From: Octopus bimaculoides
Lineage: Eukaryota
Direction: 5' to 3'
DNA: 64,000 nucleotides
NCBI RefSeq assembly: GCF_001194135.2
Contig: NC_068982.1
Coordinates: 133,557,883 to 133,621,882 of the forward strand
In this document: piece by piece, positions 22,976 through 35,457 of the stretch
Layout of the letters: every line of letters starts with the position of its first letter
How positions within the stretch are numbered: position 1 is the first letter of the stretch
Made by a program: the position numbers and the translations under genes
The notes under the pieces: generated by a model
What the model saw: only the letters and a program-made list of their open reading frames with translations
What the model was told of the DNA's origin: nothing
Databases searched by the model: none

Positions 22976-23126
22976 ATTTTATTGAACATGTTCCCCACTC
23001 AAATTCACACACTTATTGCAGCAATCCTTCAGTTTTCTAAACCCTGTTAAAGAACTGGGAAGGTTGAGCCTCCAACCAGGCCTTTCGCAATACTCTTAGA
23101 GCCAGGAACTTTTCAGCACCCCCTTG
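22976..23126 (-). mobile_element. Internally deleted mariner derivative, second copy
   Basis: Reverse complement begins CAAGGGGGTGCTGAAAAGTTCCTGGCTC and aligns with 1150-1310. Cut by a 10-N gap. Confidence 0.7.
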
Positions 23127-23131
23127 TGTAA

Positions 23132-23175
<44 letters not shown>

Positions 23176-23239
23176 TATCATATTTGATGGCATAAATGAA
23201 ACACAAGCATATTAAATGTACATTTATAAGATATATAAC

Positions 23240-23281
<42 letters not shown>

Positions 23282-23521
23282 TACATAAATGAATAAAAAC
23301 ATCCCAGTAGTACTAAGGATAATTTTATTATGCAAAACAAATTAATGAGAATGCTCAATAAAACTGTAAAACATGAAGCTTGGGGCAATTAATTAACAAA
23401 TAATATTAAGAATAGTAGCTAATTTTATACATACATACATACATACATACATACATAAATATATATATATTATAAACACAGAGAAAGAGATGGATAGTTA
23501 GATAGATACATTTAAATGTGA

Positions 23522-23552
<31 letters not shown>

Positions 23553-24383
23553 GAGCATCATTTGAGCATCAGACAGAATACTTTGTGGCATTTGTTTTGT
23601 CTATCTGCACTCTTGAGTTCAAATCCCACTGAGATCAATTTTGTCTTTCATCCTTTCAGAACTGGTAAAAAATAATCTATGAATCTGATTAGGTGGATTG
23701 TATGAATAGAATTTCTTCTGGCTATTTATGTTCTGAGTTCAAATCCCATTATGGATTTCTTAACCCATTGCTAGGGTTACATAAGCCACCAGGCTCTATT
23801 GCCTGTTCTGACGTGGTTTCTATGGCCAGATGCTCTTCCAAATGTCAACCACTCCATTTGCACCTAAAAGCACCTTTTGTGCTTTTAGTGGAGGTCCCTC
23901 TTTCTGGAAACCAAATTCTTACAACAGAGTGGACATAGCCAGGTTCTCGGTTTGTGAACCCCCACCCCACCACTTCTTTCCATTAGTCTCAGAGGGTCTG
24001 TTATGGGTCATGAGCACTGCCTCCCCTCCAGACTAAAACACGAAAAGAAAAAAACAATATACACGAATATACATATATTTATTGTCTTGCTCAGATTATT
24101 TTCTATTACTATATACATATACACAAAACATACATACATACATATATATATATATAAACACACAAAGACACATTTATACATGGATAACAGACTAGCGTGT
24201 TGTATAGTACAAATTTCAATTCATCTAAAATCAAGATATTTCTCGCTGAGAGTTCTCCATAAGAACATTAAAAATTAATTAAATTAATGTTATGGTAACA
24301 ATGTCTATGTAAAGAAAATAAAATGAATGAATCTCTAATACATTACACAAAGAATAGATCTGTAGTGCTGTAGCTCTCTTTCA

Positions 24384-24419
<36 letters not shown>

Positions 24420-25821
24420 GCATCGTTTAACATCCACCTTCGATGCTGGCAAGGCAGAAGCCTGCACCAGACTTCTGTGTCTATTTTGGCATGGTTTTTT
24501 ACAGCTGGATGCCCTTCCCAACACCAACCACTCTGCAGAGTGGGCTGAGTGCTTTTTATATGGCACCAGCACTGGTGAGGTCAGTTTTGGCATGATTTTC
24601 ACAGCTGGATGCCCTTCCAAATGCCAACCACTTTACAGTGTGAACTGGATGCTTCTTAAGTGGCACATATACCATTGCTGTGCCTACCCTTGGACATGGT
24701 CAACCTGTGTGTACAAGTGGCAGTGGAAGTTTAACATGTTTATCATTAGAACCACAACCTATGTGGTTTTATTGTCATACATCGAGAACATCCAATCATA
24801 TCTAATCTCTTCACAACCACAAGGTCCTGGGTTCAATTCCATTGAGTGGCATCTTGAACACATTTCATTTTATTTAGTCTTGGGTCAACTCATAATTTGT
24901 GTAAAACAATGGTTGATCAAAACTATACTGAAGCCTGTCAGATAGATTATAACTGTACTTCAAAAGTCCAGCTACATTATGCACTGAACCACACTGAGAA
25001 TTATGTTGGAGGTGTCAATATTGGTTTCGAATTTGGTCACAAGTTCAGTAATCCCAAGGGAGAGGTAAGTCAATTACACTGACCTCAGTGCTTAACTGGT
25101 ACTTATTTTATTGACCCCAAAAGGATGAAAGGCAAATTCAACCTCAGTGGAATTTAAGCTCAGAACATAAATATGGACGAAATGTCACTAAGCATTTTTG
25201 CCCAGCATGCTAATGATTCTGCCAGCTCAACACTTTCCCAATGGAAGTGTTAGTATTGCATTTATTCCTAGGTTACAACTGCTTCAACAGCAGATGGGTC
25301 AGATAAATTATAACTATGAATGTAAACAATGATTATGCAATTTTACGTTATATTACTTGTAACCCACTTGCCATTTCATCAAGACCAAATAATTTGTGTG
25401 TGTGTGTGTGAGTATTGAATGGTGATTTTTGTCAATAAATGAATGAAAAGAAAGCTCCATTCATGTTATCGAATATATGGTTTATTTAAACTGAATTCCT
25501 TTCTCGCTACTTTAGTGTCACACTCTGCAATCATAAAAAAAGATAGACCAAGAGAAAAAGAAAAATTATTACAAAGGCAAATATGGTAACATATATGTCT
25601 CATATTAGAGCCATTTGAAAAATGACCAGAAGTGAGAGAATAAAAAAAGTGGCATACACAAGAGAGAAGGAGAGCTGAGTTGGTAGCACAATGGACGAAA
25701 TTGCATGTCTATGTGGAAACTGTTTGGGTATGTGTGTGTGTGTGTTTCTAATTGCTTTAGAAACGTGTGTATTTTTCTTCTTAGTTTTTGGGCTGTCATA
25801 TATATTCATATAAGCGCAGTA

Positions 25822-26810
25822 GTGGCTGTGTGGTTTCAGGTTCAGTCCCACTGCGTGGCACCTTGGGCAAGTGTCTTCTACTATAGCCTTGGTCCAACCA
25901 AAGCCTTGTAAGCGGATTTGGTAGACAGAAACTGAAAGAAACCCATCTTCGTACATTGGGCCTCACCGAGGCGATGACTACTGACCGAGACCTTTGGAAA
26001 TGTGCTGTGTGTGAGAAGACCGGGCAAGCCAAGTAAGATCGTTGCCAGTGCCCCTGGACTGGTTCTTGTGCGGGTGGCACATGAAATGCACCATTTTGAG
26101 CGTGGCCGTTGCCAGTACCGCCTGACTGGCTCCCGTGGATTTTCGAGCGAGATCGTTGCCAGTGCCCCTGGACTGGCTTGTGCGGGTGGCACATAAAAGA
26201 CACCATTTCGAGCGTGGCCGTTTTCGTGCGGGTGACACNNNNNNNNNNNNNNNNNNNNNNNNNNNNNNNNNNNNNNNNNNNNNNNNNNNNNNNNNNNNNN
26301 NNNNNNNNNNNNNNNNNNNNNNNNNNNNNNNNNNNNNNNNNNNNNNNNNNNNNNNNNNNNNNNNNNNNNNNNNNNNNNNNNNNNNNNNNNNNNNNNNNNN
26401 NNNNNNNNNNNNNNNNNNNNNNNNNNNNNNNNNNNNNNNNNNNNNNNNNNNNNNNNNNNNNNNNNNNNNNNNNNNNNNNNNNNNNNNNNNNNNNNNNNNN
26501 NNNNNNNNNNNNNNNNNNNNNNNNNNNNNNNNNNNNNNNNNNNNNNNNNNNNNNNNNNNNNNNNNNNNNNNNNNNNNNNNNNNNNNNNNNNNNNNNNNNN
26601 NNNNNNNNNNNNNNNNNNNNNNNNNNNNNNNNNNNNNNNGTTGGTGTGTTTACATCCCCGTAACTTAGCACTTTGGCAAAAGAGACCGATAGAATAAGTA
26701 CTAGGCTTACAAAGAATAAGTCCAGGGGCTGATTTGTTTGACTAAAAGTGGTGCTCCAGCATGGCCGCAGTCAAATGACTGAAATAAGTAAAAGAATAAA
26801 AGAGTAGAAA
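25822..26810 (+). mobile_element. Family 'A' SINE interrupted by a young 5'-truncated RTE LINE
   Basis: SINE head 25822-25950; RTE ORF end (LGLTEAMTTDRDLWKCAVCEKTGQAK*) and 3' UTR repeats from about 25950 to the gap; SINE tail half 26640-26810. Confidence 0.8.
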
Positions 26811-27150
26811 AGTATATGCTGTGTGGTTTTGTTGTTGTTGTCGTTGTTGTGTGTGTATGTGTGTGTGTGTGTGTGTGATGTATGCTGCATGTATGATTTT
26901 AATGTGTGTGTATATGTGCAAGATGAATGTATGTATGTGTGTGTCTGTGTAAGCTGAATGCATAAGTTTGCAATAGTTTTTATGTGTATCATTTTTTGGT
27001 TGATGAACCTGTGTTACCTGTGTGGATGTGTGTGTGTGTCTGTGTTTATTGTCTAACTGTGTGCATATTGGTTTTAGTGTGTGTATCTGTGTATTGTATG
27101 TTTTCGAATGTATGTATATTTTTTGCAGTGAATGTGCATGAGTGCGTGTG

Positions 27151-27188
<38 letters not shown>

Positions 27189-27851
27189 TTGTGTGTTGTG
27201 GCATGCGAGTTGCATAATTATGGTGTGAGTGAGTGTATTTGTGTACGATATATGCATGTGAGGTGATTTGGGTTAAAGAAAAGTGTTAGAGTGTTGAAGA
27301 AAAAGAGGCTGGGTATTGAGACTCTTAGAAGACAAAAGTTGGAATAAAAGATAAATTTTAGTTCTATACAGATAAGAGTTCAGTGATCTGGTATGTAGGG
27401 TGAGACTTAAAATGGAGAGATAACACTTAGGGTAATCCACAGAATAGAAATGTTGTGAGATTGGTAATTCATTGCCAAGTTAGATATCTCAGAGGTGTTG
27501 CTTGAAACTATGAAATGATCAGCCAGAATGCCAGCCAGCCTGGCCAACATACAAAGAGTTTCAGAAGGGCATTTAAATTCGCAGATGGAATTCGGAGAGA
27601 TACTACTGAATAACCAAGATATATGTAGGATTGGGTGTGGGATCTAGTAAGGGTGCTGGTATGGTGAAGAATGGGTATGTGAGATAGTGAGAGATAGTAA
27701 AAAATGGATGTGTGTGTTTCTATTAGACCCACCAAGTAAACAGATGCACATTTGGCATTGTTTCTTTTTCTCTTGCTTCTCTTATTACTTTTCTTTCTCT
27801 TTGATAAAAGGTATAAAGTGTCAGGTTTTTTTCCTATTTTTGTCATAGGTA

Positions 27852-28103
27852 TTCGAGGTGGTATCAAAAGGTTCTTGGACTAGTTATGTTTAATAAAAAA
27901 AATAACTTATTTACCTAAGTTGTAACACCATCTCCTTTGAAATAGTCACCTTCTGCAGCAATGCACTGGTCCCAGAATTTCTGACACTTTTGGAATCTGG
28001 CCTCGAAGTCGTTTTCCATAAGTGAGTCAAGGACCTTCTGTGAATTGCTCTTTATCTTGACAACAATGTTAAAAGCGACCTTTGAGCTGCATTTTCATGT
28101 TAG
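27852..28103 (-). mobile_element. 3' end of a mariner transposon
   Basis: TIR-like CGAGGTGGTATCAAAAGGTTCTTGGAC. Minus-strand NMKMQLKGR..VKIKSNSQKVLDSLMENDFEARFQKCQKFWDQCIAAEGDYFKGD. Confidence 0.8.
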
Positions 28104-28214
28104 GAAGAGACGGTGTCCAATCAAGATGAGGACATCACTCCAACTAATATATAATCTATAAATTCCTCATCTCAGAAACATATAGAATTGAAAACTATAG
28201 ATAATTCAGTTAAA

Positions 28215-28470
28215 GGTCTTAATGAGCCTTCAAGCTCATTAAGCCATAGCTTATCCCAGTCTCCATGGAATATAAGTGACCAAAAGCACAATACTTTTCC
28301 CTAAACAGGACCTTATTAGCCTATTGTAGGGTTAACCCCATCACCATTGACAATGGTATTCATTTTCAGCTGAGTAAATACAACATACAGGTTAAATACA
28401 ACATACCACCCAGCCTGGGAATCAAACCACAACTTTAAATTGTGAGTCCAACACCCTAACCACTAAACCA
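28215..28470 (-). mobile_element. Old tRNA-derived SINE with a 3' stem-loop
   Basis: Minus-strand head AAGGCATTTGGTTTAGTGGTTAGGGTGTTGGACTCACAA..GGTTTGATTCCCAGG; TTACTCAGCTGAAAATGAATACC core; terminal hairpin CTTAATGAGC-cttcaa-GCTCATTAAG. Confidence 0.6.
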
Positions 28471-29365
28471 AATGCCTTAATTAAGATGAGAAGATTGGGA
28501 AATATATCAAGAAATATTTAACGAATGAAAATTGAACACACTTTCCTCAGAAGGGAAGACTGTATGGGGAATAATTTACTGAGTTGTAAAACTCTATTTC
28601 ATTAAAATATGTAGGAATATTAAAAAGTTATTATCTAACAGGAAGGCTTATTAACTCTCATGGTATATCATTAATTAAGCAGAAATATGTACGATAAATG
28701 AAAGAAATACACATAACAAGTAATGGGATATGTAATGAACTAGCTAAATTACTGTTAGCTAGTTCACAGATATTTTGAGGAAATGTGTGAAGTTAGACTG
28801 AATGATCACATTTTAGAATTAGTTTGCAGTGTGAGTAGCTTGTACGGTTTTTATGATAAATAGAATATTGGAAAACCTATCGATTTAATGGGGAAAATTT
28901 ATGATTTTATGTTCTTACGATGTAAGGGGAGTAATTTAATGAACTGTAAGAATGCATTTTAGGCATAAATATGAATATTCAGTACTTAACTATATATCTA
29001 ATGTATAAGCTGTTATAGATTAATTTAATAGAGGACATTATAAGAGAAGGCCATGAATCATCATCATCATCATCATCATTTAATGTCTGTTTTCCATGTT
29101 GGCATGGGTTGAATGGTTTGATAGGAGCTGGTGAACTACAGGACTGTGCCAAGCTCTATAATTTTGGATAATTACTAATATGCAGCAAAAGATAATATTT
29201 CATATCACAGAATTAATTTTGCAGACTTTTTCTTTCTTTTTCCTTTGGTTACAAGGAAGGACACAAAACAGAGAAAAAACAGGGAATAAATTTGGGCAAA
29301 AATGTCCCCATCTTCCTCATGGCTTATAATCAACCTTACTCCTAGCTGCTTCAACCTAAAAGCTA

Positions 29366-29578
29366 GGCGCAAGGTGGCAAGCTGTTAGAAACGTTAGCAC
29401 ACCAGGTGAAATGCTTAATGGTATTTCACCTGTCTTTACGTTCTGAGTTCAGATTCCGCCAAGGTTGACTTTGCTTTTCATCCTTTCTGGGTCAATAAAT
29501 TAAGTACCAGTTGCATACTGGGGTAAATCGACTGGCCCCCTCCCCAAAAATTTGGGCCTTGTGCCTAGAGTAGAAAAG
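29366..29578 (+). mobile_element. Family 'B' SINE with 13-bp target-site duplication
   Basis: AACCTAAAAGCTA at 29353-29365 and 29579-29591. Confidence 0.88.
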
Positions 29579-30224
29579 AACCTAAAAGCTATGCTCCCTG
29601 TCTCATTATCATAATGGTCTCAAATTTTGGCACAAGGCCAGCAATTTCAGGAGAGCAGGTAAGTCACCTCAACCCCAGTGTTCAACTGATACATATTTTG
29701 ATTGACTGTAAAAGGACGAAAGGCACAGTCGACCATGGCAGAACTTGAACTCAGAACATAAAGACAAACAAACTGCTGCTAAGCATTTTTCCCAGCTTGC
29801 CTTGCCTCTACCGACATAATGGAGACAACTATTATGTCCTTCCACATTACACCATAACCATGGGATTTCCACAACACAACAGTAATCTTTGTTCCCAGCA
29901 GCCTTAAACTGCCACTGTGGTTCCCTATGGTATTTTAATGGAGACAACCTTTATACTATTGAATGAAATTTCGATATGTTCCAACTACTTAAACAAATGT
30001 CCAATTTTTGCATCATATTTTAATTTTCTGTGACATACCTGTATGTCTATGTGTATGTGTGTATCAGTGTATGCATGTGTGTGTGTGTATATGTATATAC
30101 ATATGTGTATGTGTGTGTATATATATGTATGTGTATGTATATGTGTGTTTGTCTGTGTATGTACCTGTGTGTGTTATATATGCATATATATATATATATA
30201 TATAATAATAATATTAAGGACAAA

Positions 30225-30270
<46 letters not shown>

Positions 30271-30339
30271 TATACATACTATACATATTTATGTATATAT
30301 AGAGAGATAAATATGCATATATATACATACATATACATA

Positions 30340-30377
<38 letters not shown>

Positions 30378-31789
30378 TAGCATATATATGAGTGTGTGTG
30401 TGTGTGTGTGTGTGTGTTTGTGTGTGTGTGCGTGCGTGTGTATGTGTGTGCATGTGTGTATACACATATAACTTTCCAAACTATGCAGTCTTTCATTTAG
30501 TGCCAAAGAGGCCAATCAATATGATATTCAATATTATCTTTCATTATATCTCTTGTGCTGCAGCCATCAAGCAAATAAAAGTTTCCAGTCCAACCTTCTC
30601 AAATATAGGAGATATTAGGTTAAAGGAATAGCATTAGAAAGTGTCTGACATTAGCCAACATGCTGGGTAACCAATGAGCAATATATAAAAGTGTACATGA
30701 CAGTTTATCTGATATATCTATGAATATGTACCTTGCTGTATTCATTCCAGTTCTCTGTACCCTGAGTTTAAATCCAGCTGAAGTTAACTTTGCATTTCAT
30801 CATTTTAAAGGTCAATAAAATAAAGTACAGGACTGTTAAAACCTTGGATGGCATGCTTTGTGGTATTTGTCGTTTGATCCCAAGGTAATAAACTTCCTGG
30901 TTTAACACCTAAAATTAGGTTCTTGTTGCCTTGAGCAGAATGCATTCCGGTGGATGCATTTGGGCTAGGTTTCCACTTTGAAGATAATGTCCTCTTGTCT
31001 TCATTGTCAGAGGCCCTCAAAAGTAAGGAAGTCATGGATGTTGCCCTTCCATCCCTGACTAAATAGTAAAGCAAAAGCAACAATTAAGCTAAAGGTAGTA
31101 AATCTGTGTAGCTAAAAAGCTTGCTTTGCAACCATGTGTTGCAGGTTCAATACCACAGCATGGCATTTTGGGAAAGTGCCTTCTAATATAGCCCATGCAA
31201 ACAAATGCCTTGTGAGTAAATTTGGTGGACAGAAATTGTACGGAAACATATCGTATACATGTGTGTGTGTCCTTGTGTTGTTTGTCCCTCACCACCACTT
31301 GATTACCAGTGTTGGTTTGTTTACATCCTTGTCACTTAGTGATAAAATAAGTGACTGACAAAATAAGTACTAGACTTAAAGAAATAAGAATTGAGATCAA
31401 TTTGTTTGGTTAAACTTTTCAAGACAGTGCATTAGCATGGCTGGAGTCCAATGGCTGAAACAAGTAAGAGATAAAAAAGAGCTAAGTTTATTCAGCTGAA
31501 TTACCATACCAGTCAATGAGCCAATCTCTATGTGGTTACACAACCTACTAGACATAATAGCCAAATCCCTACAATCTTATTCAGCATAATGTAAATCCTA
31601 GACATAAAACATCTGAAAAGACAGGATGGTAATGGTTGATATACATTTAATTATAAGTCTAATCAATCAGTGCTGATCTGGGGTTAAGCATTATCAAATG
31701 ATGGGCTATTACCACTGAGGACATGTGTGGGCTTGAAAGAAATGAAGCTAGCATGTTTCGATGGTTGTGCAATGTCAGTGTGCATGTAA

Positions 31790-32465
31790 AATAGAGTGTA
31801 AGCATCTTGAGAGAAAAGCTGGGCATAAGAGGCATCAGATGTGTGCAAGAGAAATGACTGCACTGGTATGGTCATGTGATGTGTATGGATGAGAAGAGTT
31901 GTGTAAAGAAGTGCTGATCTCTAACTGTGGAGAAAACCTGTGGAAGAGGTAGACCCAGGAAGACATGAGATGAAGTGGTGAAGTATGATCTTCAAATATG
32001 AGGCCTCACAGAGATAATGACTAGAGACCGAGACTTTTGGTGATCTGCTGTGTTTGAGAAGACCTGTCAAACCAAGTGAAATCATAGTCGTGGCCGATAA
32101 CAGTGTCACATAATAGGCACCCGTGCTGGTAGCATGTAAAAAGCACCTTTCAAGTGTTGAGCCTCATGGAGGCAATTACAAATGACTGAGACTTTTAGCA
32201 ATATGTTGTGCTTGAGAAGAAAACCCATCAAGCCAAGTGAAATCATAGTTGCGACAGATACTGGTGTCATGCAACTGGCAACTGTGCCACTGGCACGTAA
32301 ATGCACCCATTACATACTTGAAGTGGTTAGCATTAGTAAAGGTATCCAGCCATAGAAACCATGCCAAATCAGACTGGAGTCTGGTGCAGCCCCTCAACTT
32401 ACCAGCCCTGGTCAAACTGCCCAATTCATGCCAGCATGGACAACTGACGTTAAATGATGATGATG
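31790..32465 (+). mobile_element. 5'-truncated RTE LINE
   Basis: LREKLGIRGI..VQEK*LHWYGHVM.MDE....TVEKTCGRGRPRKT*DEVVKYDLQI..LTE.MTRDRDFW*SAVFEKT, followed by the 3' UTR and (GAT)n. Confidence 0.85.
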
Positions 32466-32899
32466 GTGATATGTATGTATGCATATGTGTGTGTGTCTTT
32501 GTGTCTGTATTTGTCCCCCACTACTGCTTGACAACAAGTGTTACTTGACAACATGTGTTACTCCTCTGTAACTTAGTGGTTCGGCAAAAGAGACCAACAG
32601 AATAAGTACAAGTCTTAAAAAATAATAAGTTCTGGGGTCCATACATTTGAGTAATAATTTTTCAGTGTAGTGTCCCAGCATGGCCACAGTCTAATGAGTG
32701 AAACAAGTGAAAGATAAAATAAGTTACACAACAAGCCTACAACATGAGCTGATACAGAGAGATTTTTGAAGTGAACTCAGTACAGTCATAAAAAAAAAAA
32801 AACTATCTGTTAACATTTTATTTCCAGAGTTATCATTCATCCAGTTATTACACATATGCACATTTGTTTTTTACTGAGTTAACAAGGCTACCATCAATT

Positions 32900-34040
32900 T
32901 CATGCTGAAAGAAATTTCTCAACAATGGAGATTGAATGCCAACATTTCATGTGGAACAATACATTTTGTGCCTAAAAAACTGTAATATTTTGTATTGTTC
33001 TCATTGATTTTACTGTCTTTTGATAGCATACACCTCTTGTCACTTTGGAAAGTCCTAAAAGACAGCCCTATCCATAAAGGCTACATCACTTACCTTAAAT
33101 CTACACATGAATGATTACAATGTCTATTAAGACTGAGGCTGAAACCATCAGAATTTTGGACATAATGAAAGGTGTTAAGCAAGGAGACATTTTCTCGCCT
33201 ATTCTTTTCTGTATAATGCTGACTACAGTTATCTTAAAAACTAAAAAAAGAAAAAGAAAGAAATAGTACTGGTTTATTTTAAAGGGACCCAATATTTTCT
33301 AACTTCAGCTAAGCAGATGATATTGCTGCTGTTAAAAATTACATTGCTAACCTTCAAGATTTTATTAATTACTTTGTTGCAAATGCAAAAGCTGTGAGTG
33401 GGTGTCCAAATTAATCTTGACAAGACTAAATGCACAACTACCGATAAGACACAGCCAAACCTAGGCAGAACAAATTTATGACAGACCTATAAAGCAAGTA
33501 GAAGACTTTGTTTAACTAGGACATAAACTATCAACTTCAAACAATAATGAAATCGCTGTCAACCACTGAAATGTGTTGGCACAGACAGCCTTTTTTCTGA
33601 AAAAGAACACCTTTTGATATTGAGTAGAAAACCAATTAAAGTCAAAGTTAAGATATATAACATTTCCATTCTCCTAGTACTTGTGTTAGATTAGATTATG
33701 TCCGCAAGTCTGAAACAATACTGAAGTATTTCAAAATCATGTCATAAGATTTATTACAGGTAGACACCAAACTGACAAGAGTTTAAATACTAAAGCAATG
33801 ATAAATGATGTTTTGATACAGTTACAGCAACTCCCTATAACTGTTTGGCCACATAAAATATTCAACTTGTGGGTTTTCTGAAGGGGATCTGTCTGGAAGG
33901 TAAGATACCTGGAAAGAGAAACTGAGAATGTCCCAATGACTTATAGATCTTCAAATGATATCAATCAGGGGTAGAATTTAAGGCAATGCCAGCTGGCAGA
34001 GATAGATGGAAGAAATGTGTTTATGGTGTTTTGTACTTGC
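32900..34040 (+). mobile_element. Decayed LINE reverse-transcriptase fragment (RTE-like clade)
   Basis: CIVLIDF..FDSI...LWKVL; GVKQGDIFSPILFC; NFS*ADDIAAV; INLDKTKC; IKQVEDFV*LGHKL; LEGKIPGKR. Confidence 0.8.
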
Positions 34041-34737
34041 TGCAAGTCAAAATAATACTTAAGAAAAATTATATACATGCATGCGTGCACACACGCGTAT
34101 CCTTTTTTGTCCACGTTTTTTTGACGTCCTGTACCCGGATATGCATCTATATATATATGTAGATGTAGGTATGTACATATATGTATGTATATATGCATAT
34201 GCTCACGTATCATTTGTATTATATATATATATATATACATGTTTTCCTTTTGTTGTATAGCTGAAAGGCATTTGTCTGTTGTATGTGTATAATTCTAGCT
34301 TTGTTGTTCTTGTATACATTCATTTGCTTTTCTCAGAAGCTTAATGCATTTAGCTTAATGCTCTGGCACTTGCCAGATTCGAGCAGTCTCAATGGTAAAA
34401 AAGTACAAAACTGCTAGGACTTTCCAGACACTAACTGATGAGGAAATTGGCTGCAAATAGTCCATGTATCTTGTTTTTGCCCAGTTTCCCGTTTGTTATG
34501 CTATTGTCAATTTTTCTATATGTTGCTTTTTGTTGGATTTCCGCTTGTTGTGTTCTTTCTGTCCCACCCTCGATCTATATATATAGCATATGAGAGGTAT
34601 TGGCGTCAAGAAGACCCAAAGGTGTCAGGTAATGCTGAGTTAGTGCAATGAACAGACCATAGTTAAGCCCCAAGTTTGATAATGATAAGAATGAGAAGTC
34701 CAATGTGAATAGTTTTCAGAACATTTATAAAGAGAAG

Positions 34738-34785
34738 GTCTTACAGCTGTTTCCGTGATATTCTATATATCCCTTCATCAGAGAT
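34738..34785 (-). ncRNA. Minimal hammerhead-like motif
   Basis: TCT-CTGATGA-A-GGGATAT-ataga-ATATCAC-G-GAAAC-AGCT-GTA-AGA. Confidence 0.6.
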
Positions 34786-35042
34786 GGTGCGAGAAAATGT
34801 TTGTGTGCGAGTTTCAATGGTGTTTATATTTGGTCATTCCAAGCACAGAGTCTTGTAAACAGAGTTACTTGATCGAAGGGGTACACACGGTAAAGGAAAT
34901 TTATATGTATATCATTCTGCTTAAGTAATGGAACTGCGAATACAATATCCTTATGCATTTCACTTCTATTTTCATTCCTTCACTTCCCTCTGTATTTCAT
35001 ATCTTCTCTACAATAATTATTACTCAAACATTTTCTCACACC

Positions 35043-35090
35043 GTTTCTGATGAAGGGATATATAAAATATCCTGGAAACAGCTGTAAGAC
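35043..35090 (+). ncRNA. Minimal hammerhead-like motif with canonical core
   Basis: GTTT-CTGATGA-A-GGGATAT-ataaa-ATATCCT-G-GAAAC-AGCT-GTA-AGAC. All stems close with Watson-Crick or G.U pairs except the A/G junction. Confidence 0.7.
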
Positions 35091-35141
35091 CTCTTTATGA
35101 ATGTTCTGAAAACTATTTAGATTTTTTTAATCTCATTATGT

Positions 35142-35173
<32 letters not shown>

Positions 35174-35423
35174 CTTTATATACATATATATCACTACATA
35201 CACATATATATATCATCATCATTATCATCGTCGTTTAATGTCCGCTTTCCATGCTGGCATGAGTTGGATGGTTTGACTGAGGACTGGTGAGCTAGAAGGC
35301 TGCACCTGGCTCAATCTGATCTGGCAAAGTTTCTACAGCTGGATGCCCTTCCTAACACCTTCTTCACATACATACATATATCTTTACATATATATATATC
35401 TTTACATACATACATGTATCTTT

Positions 35424-35457
<34 letters not shown>

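Larger units (their letters stand above)
34580..35125. mobile_element. Second PLE family remnant: inverted pseudo-LTR pair without ORF
   Basis: About 34710-34805 is an inverted repeat of about 35025-35120, each arm carrying a hammerhead-like motif. 34596-34672 is homologous to 12753-12827 of the first PLE. Confidence 0.75.

Noticed and set aside
26035-26237. Regularly spaced repeats resembling a CRISPR array
   Set aside because: The inter-repeat segments are homologous to each other, the units belong to a LINE 3' UTR, the DNA is eukaryotic, and no cas genes are present.
30805-31083. Minus-strand 92-aa ORF with a plausible acceptor near 31054
   Set aside because: No recognisable homology, it runs into a SINE, and it does not fit the phase or sequence expected for FERRY3.
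34435-34480. CTGATGAGGA...TCC, a possible further hammerhead
   Set aside because: GAAA core half and stem I partner are missing; at best a dead remnant.
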